64,000 nt of DNA, taken from assembly GCF_009834535.1 (NCBI RefSeq), contig NC_045715.1, positions 29,016,001 through 29,080,000 of the forward strand, read 5' to 3'. The number at the start of each line of letters is the position of its first letter. Position 1 is the stretch's first letter. Of this stretch, positions 58,111 through 64,000 are shown in pieces. Both the position numbers and the translations under genes were made by a program. The stretch comes from Camelus ferus (Eukaryota). A model generated the notes under the pieces. That model ran no database searches. It saw only the letters and a list, made by a program, of their open reading frames with translations, and had not been told where the DNA came from.

Positions 58111-60339
58111 GAGGGACTAGGAAAATTATAGGGGCTGGGGACACCCATGCCAAGAGCTGGATTCGTGGGGGAGGGGCCTGAGAGAGATGAGGTGGGGGTG
58201 GGGAGGGAGTTAGGGGGATGATGGGAAAGGAGAGTGTTAATGGGGAAAGGAGGACTCGGGGAGGATGGTGAGGAGACCCATGGGAGACACCTGGTAGCTA
58301 GAGAAAGCCCTAAAGGGAATTGGAAGGAAGACCAGGTTATGAGAACAGGGAAGCTGAGGATAACGGAAGCAAAGGGCGGGGGTGTCTGGCGTTGTGGGGG
58401 AAGGGAGGTTCGGATGACTGGAAGAAGGCAGGGATAGCGTCATATACAGGGAGGAAAATCTCTGGTCGAAAGGGGTCAATGAATATTAGCTTTCTATCCC
58501 TTAGAGGAAGAGGGCTATCGGAGTGGAGCTTGGAGTTATGGGAGAAGGAAAAAGGAGAAAATTGCAAAGCCCTCAGGAGTTCGAGAAGGGCCAGAAACGG
58601 GGACTGAAAATTGCAAGAGAATAGGAGCGTAGTTAGGTACATTAAAGGATTTGAAGAAGCTTGAGAATGCGGCAGTGATGGAGGATGGGAGAGACCCAGG
58701 GATAAGAGGAGTTCATGAGAACCTGCAGGCTTGTTATCCGCGAGCTTGAGTTGTCCCTCCTTATGGACGAGAAGCTAAGTTTTTTTTTTCTCCACCTTTG
58801 GATGGAATTGCTTCTCTCTTCCCCTGTGAATTCTTTACTTTCATATAGCTGAAGGGAGAGTAGAAGCTATGAGGGAAGATGAAGAACTCCCATTCTTAAG
58901 CTCTTCCACCTCCTTCCTATCTGTCCCCACAAGCCCAGATCCGAGAGCTTTTGGATTGAGGACAGGAGTAATGAAGTGAGAGTGGTTTCCTGCTGGGGCT
59001 ATTTCAGGTTTGGCAGAGTGGCTATTTAAAGCATGGGGTGGGGGGTTGAGGGAGGTGGGCTGGGGTCGGGGAGGGGGCTGGCAAGCCTGCCGAAAGCCAA
59101 AGCTGTGTGTCTTTCTTGCAAGGGGCCTCCTTTACTTGAGCTTTTTCTGCGCCTGAGGTTCTGCCTGGGTCTTCCCTCCGCTAGGGCTTCTTGAAGAGGG
59201 AGCAAACGATTCACCCAAAACCAGCAGGTGCTTGCCAGCGAAGGCAGTGCCAGTCGCAGGATCTGCCTAGGGACAGAGCCTCCAGATGTACCCTTTATCA
59301 CTAGGTTGGCAGATTGAGAGACCATGACCTCTTATGCCTGCTGTCTTTTTCTTGTCCTGCACAAGGGCATTTTTGCTTTCCTTCCAACTGCTTCCACTGC
59401 TTTGCAGTGTGCACCCCACCCTTAGCCCCTCTGAGGAACCCAAGTGGGAGAAAAGCTGCTGGAAACAGCTCGTTCTTTACCACAATAGCAGGGTTGGGCA
59501 AGTGGCAAGAGGAGAAAACCCCTCCTCCTCACTCCCGTTCTGTCAATCCCCAGTAGACACATACCTTTCTGGCTTAAGTTCCTAGTCTTGGCAGCATACC
59601 AGGCACAGCTGTCAAAGGAACTCCTTGTGCCTATGAGGGGCCCTGGGTGACCCCGAAGACAACAGCTCAGCTTGACAAGAGCCCCCTAGCTATCCATCCG
59701 TGGAGGTCCCTGCCCTGGATCAATCCCACCCTGTTGTGGATAAAGGGAGTATTCCATTCTAAAAGCCTAAAAGCTTTTTTGCTTGGAGGCACTCATGCCA
59801 GCTTTCAATAGACTGTCTGGGGCTGGCTGGGCTATTAATAGCTCTGAGTATTTTGAGATCCCTCTCCCCACCTCAAAGAGCACAGAGATTCTTAGAGAGG
59901 TGGCAGTAAGCAGAGCACAGCCAGAGAGACAAGAGAACTAACTCACCGGCCTGGGAAGGGGGCTTGGAGCTTGGGCCAGGCCAGGGACGGGGTGGCGCCT
60001 CCATGAGTGGGGTATGACCATGTTGAGCCTTGATCAGCAGCCTGAGCTGGCAGTCAGGTCAGACTGGCCCCACCCTTCCCTGTTGGAGAACACAGGGCCA
60101 GGGCTAGCTCCCTGACCTCGGCAGCTCCCCTGGGGCAAAGCCAGCCACCTGAGCTGCGGAGGGGTGGTGTGGGAGGGCCACCAGGGTGACACTTAGAGGC
60201 AAGGGCTAGTCTTGGGCAGAGTCACAGTGAGGCGGGCAAAGGCCTCGTCTGAGGAGCCCGTGGCCCTAATTNNNNNNNNNNNNNNNNNNNNNNNNNNNNN
60301 NNNNNNNNNNNNNNNNNNNNNNNNNNNNNNNNNNNNNNN

Positions 60340-60493
60340 NNNNNNNNNNNNNNNNNNNNNNNNNNNNNNNNNNNNNNNNNNNNNNNNNNNNNNNNNNNNN
60401 NNNNNNNNNNNNNNNNNNNNNNNNNNNNNNNNNNNNNNNNNNNNNNNNNNNATGAGACGCTGCGTCAGATTGATGTGCACATTTTCAATGCAG
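60340..60493 (+). CDS. KLHDC3: KLHDC3 exon 2 coding part (5' portion N)
   Basis: Visible 60452-60493 encodes YETLRQIDVHIFNA; gtaagc donor. Confidence 0.85.
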
Positions 60494-63400
60494 GTAAGCT
60501 AATTTGGGGACCTTCCCTGGGTGCCCATGTCAGGGAGGGCAACGGGCAGCTGAATGAGGTTTGATGGTGATCCCTGTGGCCAAAGGGAGTGGGGGAAATG
60601 AATATCTGGTTTGGGAAAAGGTGGACAGCCTGAAGGGAGGTTCCCAGGGCTGAGCAGAACTGTGCCCACAGTGTCCTTGCGTTGGACAAAGCTGCCCCCA
60701 GTGAGACCTGCCACCCGCGGGCAGGCTCCCGTGGTACCCTACATGAGGTATGGACACTCAACTGTCCTCATCGATGACACAGTCTTCCTCTGGGGCGGGC
60801 GGAATGACACCGAAGGGGCCTGCAACGTGCTCTATGCCTTTGATGTCAGTGAGTATGGGTCTTGGAGAGGCTGTGTTCTGCCAGCTGGTGCCTTGGGGGG
60901 CTGGGAAGGGTGTGGGCTGAGGGAGCTGGGAGTAAGGCCCCCCAGAGTCTAGGAGAGAGTGTCAACTTGCTTACCAGGCCCACCCTCTCCCCTCCTTCAG
61001 ATACTCACAAGTGGTCCACACCCCGAGTGTCAGGAACAGTTCCTGGGGCCCGGGATGGACATTCGGCTTGTGTCCTGGGCAAGACCATGTACATTTTCGG
61101 GGGCTACGAGCAGCTGGTAGGTCTGGGAAGAAACTACAGGTTTAGGGTGGGAATGAGAAAGTGGAAGGGGAATTGAAGGTCGTGGAATGGAAGGCTTTGG
61201 TTTGCTTGCAGGTTCTGAGTGGGGAGGGATGGAGGGCTGGAGAGTGACCACTGCCCCTCATTTATTCCTTCTTTCACTTCCTCTCTCTTCCCTCTCAGGC
61301 GGACTGCTTTTCCAATGACATTCACAAGCTGGATACCAGCACCATGACGTGGACCCTGATCTGTACAAAGGTCTGCCCTTCTTCCTCTCTTCCAGGTCCC
61401 CACCCTCAATTTAAGAAACCATAGGGAGCTCAAACAGTGAAAGCTGACCCTCTCCCCCTCCCACCCTGCTCCTGCCCAGGGCAACCCTGCACGCTGGAGG
61501 GACTTCCACTCGGCCACAATGCTGGGCAGTCACATGTATGTCTTTGGGGGCCGCGCCGACCGTTTTGGGCCATTCCATTCCAACAATGAGATTTACTGCA
61601 ACCGCATCCGCGTCTTTGACACGAGGACTGAGGCCTGGCTGGACTGTCCACCCACCCCAGTGCTTCCTGAGGGGCGCCGGAGCCACTCAGCTTGTGAGTG
61701 TCTGTTCCATCCCCACCGAGTCCCCTTCCTGCCCATTGTCCCCACGCTCCTAACATTCCTCTCTCCTTCCAGTTGGCTACAATGGGGAGCTGTACATTTT
61801 TGGTGGCTATAATGCAAGGCTGAACCGGCACTTCCATGACCTCTGGAAGTTTAACCCTGGTAAAGAGCACTGCCTTTAAAGGAGGAACAGAGAGGAATTT
61901 CGGGCAAGGGGGAGAATAATCCTGAATAGGTGAGGTGCGTGGGTGGAGAGGATATCTGGAGTAGGCAGGCCTTGAACCACCATATAAATTCTTTTTAGTG
62001 TCGTTTACCTGGAAAAAGATTGAACCGAAAGGGAAGGGGCCGTGTCCCCGCCGGCGCCAGTGTTGCTGTATTGTTGGTGACAAGATTGTCCTCTTTGGGG
62101 GCACCAGGTTAGGAGGAGAGAGGGGAGGGATCCAGGAAGGGTCTCAGCCTGTGACTCACCTGGGAGACATTTGAGCGAGAGGGTCTCGTGGGTCGTCTCT
62201 GCTCCTTCCTTCATCTCTCTTTTGATCCCTACAGTCCGTCTCCTGAGGAAGGCCTGGGAGATGAATTTGACCTCATAGATCATTCTGACTTACACATCTT
62301 GGACTTTAGTAAGTACACTTACTCCCAAAGTGCTCATGTCATCAGGGTGCCTGTCTTTGGGTGGTGATATCCAGGACTGGGCTCTTTCCTCAGCTTTGAC
62401 CATCTCCCTCTTCACTCCTCCTTTTAAGGCCCTAGTCTGAAGACTCTGTGCAAACTGGCTGTGATTCAGTATAACCTGGACCAGTCCTGTTTGCCCCATG
62501 ACATCAGGTATAGTGACTGGTTAGAAAGGGATGGGTTGAGGTGAGTAGGCAGCACAGGCATGACCTGACTGGCTTGGTCTCACGATGGGGGAGATAGGTT
62601 TTGTTCTGCTGGAGATGTAGTGTGCTTGTGGAGAGTGAGCTGGAAGGAAATATAAAACTGTCAGCACGGTAAATTGTGTGGGGAAAAAAAAATCCAGTTT
62701 TTCAAACCAAGCTCAGAAACATCACTTCCTGAGACCTGCTTATTCAGTTTTTGTTAACGTGCTGAGAAAGTTTGATTAAATCTTAGAACCTAGTTGCAAA
62801 GTAAAGACAAGTTTCAGAGCTTCTGGATCACATCAGTTCCAGAATTAAGGGAGGTCCTTCCTAGCTACTTGCCCTTGAATTCCATTCTTAGGTCCAGATC
62901 AAGCACTAAGTTATTTTGCATATAATTGTGCCCTTCTGGGTCATTCTGTGACACTTCCCTCTCCTTGTATCAGTTCAATTTAACTCTTACTTGCTGAGGG
63001 TCTCTGTGTTCAGTATTTGGTGACAGAGTATACATGGTTGAACTGATGGATCTTGGACCAGCCCAGGATTGACACATGTGCAAGTACCTAATACCAAGTA
63101 GCCTGTAGCCTTGGTGTAAGGAGGTACTTGGTGAATCTACGTAGAGTGATAGAATTGCTAAAAAGAGAGGGACTTAATTTTAATGTGGTGGAATGGATGG
63201 AGAAGGCCTCAGGGAGGATGTGAGAGCTAAGTCAGAGCCTTAAAAGGATGGGAACTGAGAGCAAAAAGGGGCATTCCTGGTGGAGTGAGGGGGATAGGCT
63301 TTCGTTTTGGATTTGAACAGAGGAGGAAAGGTAGGTTGGGAAGTTTATTGAGATGTATACAACAGGTGGTTTTCTCCAGGTGTTGGGCACAAGAATACAA

Positions 63401-63711
63401 ATATGTGAGCAAACAGGAAGTCCACATGAGCTTGCAGGTGGAGGAGTGGGTGGTACTGGATTTGGTGGTGGGTGGTGACTAATTGTTAAACCTAGTAGGG
63501 CTGTAAGGAAGAGGTGGCTGTGGGTGGTTGAGCTTTAGGAAGTAGAAGGGACTGGTATGTTCATAGCTTTGTTCAAGCAATTCTGGGCTTGGGGATGGAG
63601 GCTCCCCTTTCTGTCCTTTCTGCCTGTCATTGTTGGCCTTCCAGGTGGGAGCTGAATGCCATGACCACCAACAGCAATATCAGTCGCCCCATCGTCTCCT
63701 CCCATGGATAG
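60340..63711 (+). CDS. KLHDC3: Kelch domain-containing protein 3 (CRL2 C-degron receptor), 382 aa; ATG is in an N-run (coordinate inferred)
   Basis: YETLRQIDVHIFNAVSLRWTKLPP; repeated GH/GG/W kelch motifs; C-terminal BC-box-like PSLKTLCKLAV; ends RPIVSSHG-TAG. Confidence 0.96.
60672..60848 (+). CDS. KLHDC3: KLHDC3 exon 3
   Basis: SLRWTKLPP..YMRYGHSTVLIDDTVFLWGGRND. Confidence 0.97.
61001..61116 (+). CDS. KLHDC3: KLHDC3 exon 4
   Basis: THKWSTPRVSGTVPGARDGHSACVLGKTMYIFGGYEQL. Confidence 0.97.
61299..61370 (+). CDS. KLHDC3: KLHDC3 exon 5
   Basis: ADCFSNDIHKLDTSTMTWTLICTK. Confidence 0.97.
61480..61693 (+). CDS. KLHDC3: KLHDC3 exon 6
   Basis: GNPARWRDFHSATMLGSHMYVFGGR..EGRRSHSA. Confidence 0.97.
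61773..61859 (+). CDS. KLHDC3: KLHDC3 exon 7
   Basis: GYNGELYIFGGYNARLNRHFHDLWKFNP. Confidence 0.97.
61999..62107 (+). CDS. KLHDC3: KLHDC3 exon 8
   Basis: SFTWKKIEPKGKGPCPRRRQCCCIVGDKIVLFGGT. Confidence 0.97.
62235..62308 (+). CDS. KLHDC3: KLHDC3 exon 9
   Basis: PSPEEGLGDEFDLIDHSDLHILDF. Confidence 0.97.
62429..62507 (+). CDS. KLHDC3: KLHDC3 exon 10
   Basis: PSLKTLCKLAVIQYNLDQSCLPHDI; ttttaag acceptor. Confidence 0.95.
63645..63711 (+). CDS. KLHDC3: KLHDC3 exon 11 coding part
   Basis: WELNAMTTNSNISRPIVSSHG-TAG. Confidence 0.97.
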
Positions 63712-64000
63712 GGGGAAGTTTCTGCCGCTTCCCTTCCTGAGCCTGCTGTTGTTTCCACTGCCCCTGCCCATCTCTCACCCGCCTGCCCCTTTGGACCCTG
63801 GACTTGGTATACCTCCACATGGAGTTGTTGGACTAGAGATGTTTTCTGTGCTGTGAACTCAGTGGGGAGCTGTAGGTGGGGAGGGCTAGGTCCCTTCCTC
63901 CTTGGGCCGAGGGCCCCTTCCCCTTGGTGCTCTGTCCCATCCACCTCCCTCCAACTGCTCCTGGGCCTCTGCTCTGCCCCATGCCAGCCATGCTCTGCTG

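Noticed and set aside
61430-62104. 224-aa - strand ORF over KLHDC3 exons 6-8
   Set aside because: Antisense shadow across introns; no domain similarity.

Overview
Mammalian genomic DNA, syntenic with human chr6p21.1. Gene order is PTCRA(+, exons 2-4 only; exon 1 is upstream of the window), CNPY3(+), GNMT(+), PEX6(-), PPP2R5D(+), MEA1(-), KLHDC3(+). Four copies of a tRNA-derived SINE of the camelid type suggest a camel, llama or alpaca (inference). Exons were delimited by hand from GT-AG sites and frame continuity. The spliced CDSs give CNPY3 282 aa, GNMT 295 aa, PEX6 980 aa and MEA1 174 aa. PPP2R5D (~600 aa) and KLHDC3 (382 aa) are partly inferred because N-runs hide some exons. Introns and intergenic DNA carry old MIR, L2, L1M, MER and MLT1 relics, whose boundaries are approximate. 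I found no evidence of a wholly new gene system. Best second-look items: (1) a pre-TCR-alpha tail in which human-like C-terminal sequence lies behind a stop codon and a 1-nt frameshift; (2) seven N-runs, all 4 mod 8 in length, six on conserved exons; (3) an antisense poly(A)-tailed mRNA-like insert in PPP2R5D intron 2; (4) interlocked GNMT/PEX6 3' ends with a consensus CTCF motif; (5) a disabled human-type MEA1 N-terminal extension; (6) an in-frame Arg-rich upstream start overlapping the GNMT TATA box. Comparisons with human proteins are from memory and need alignment to confirm.
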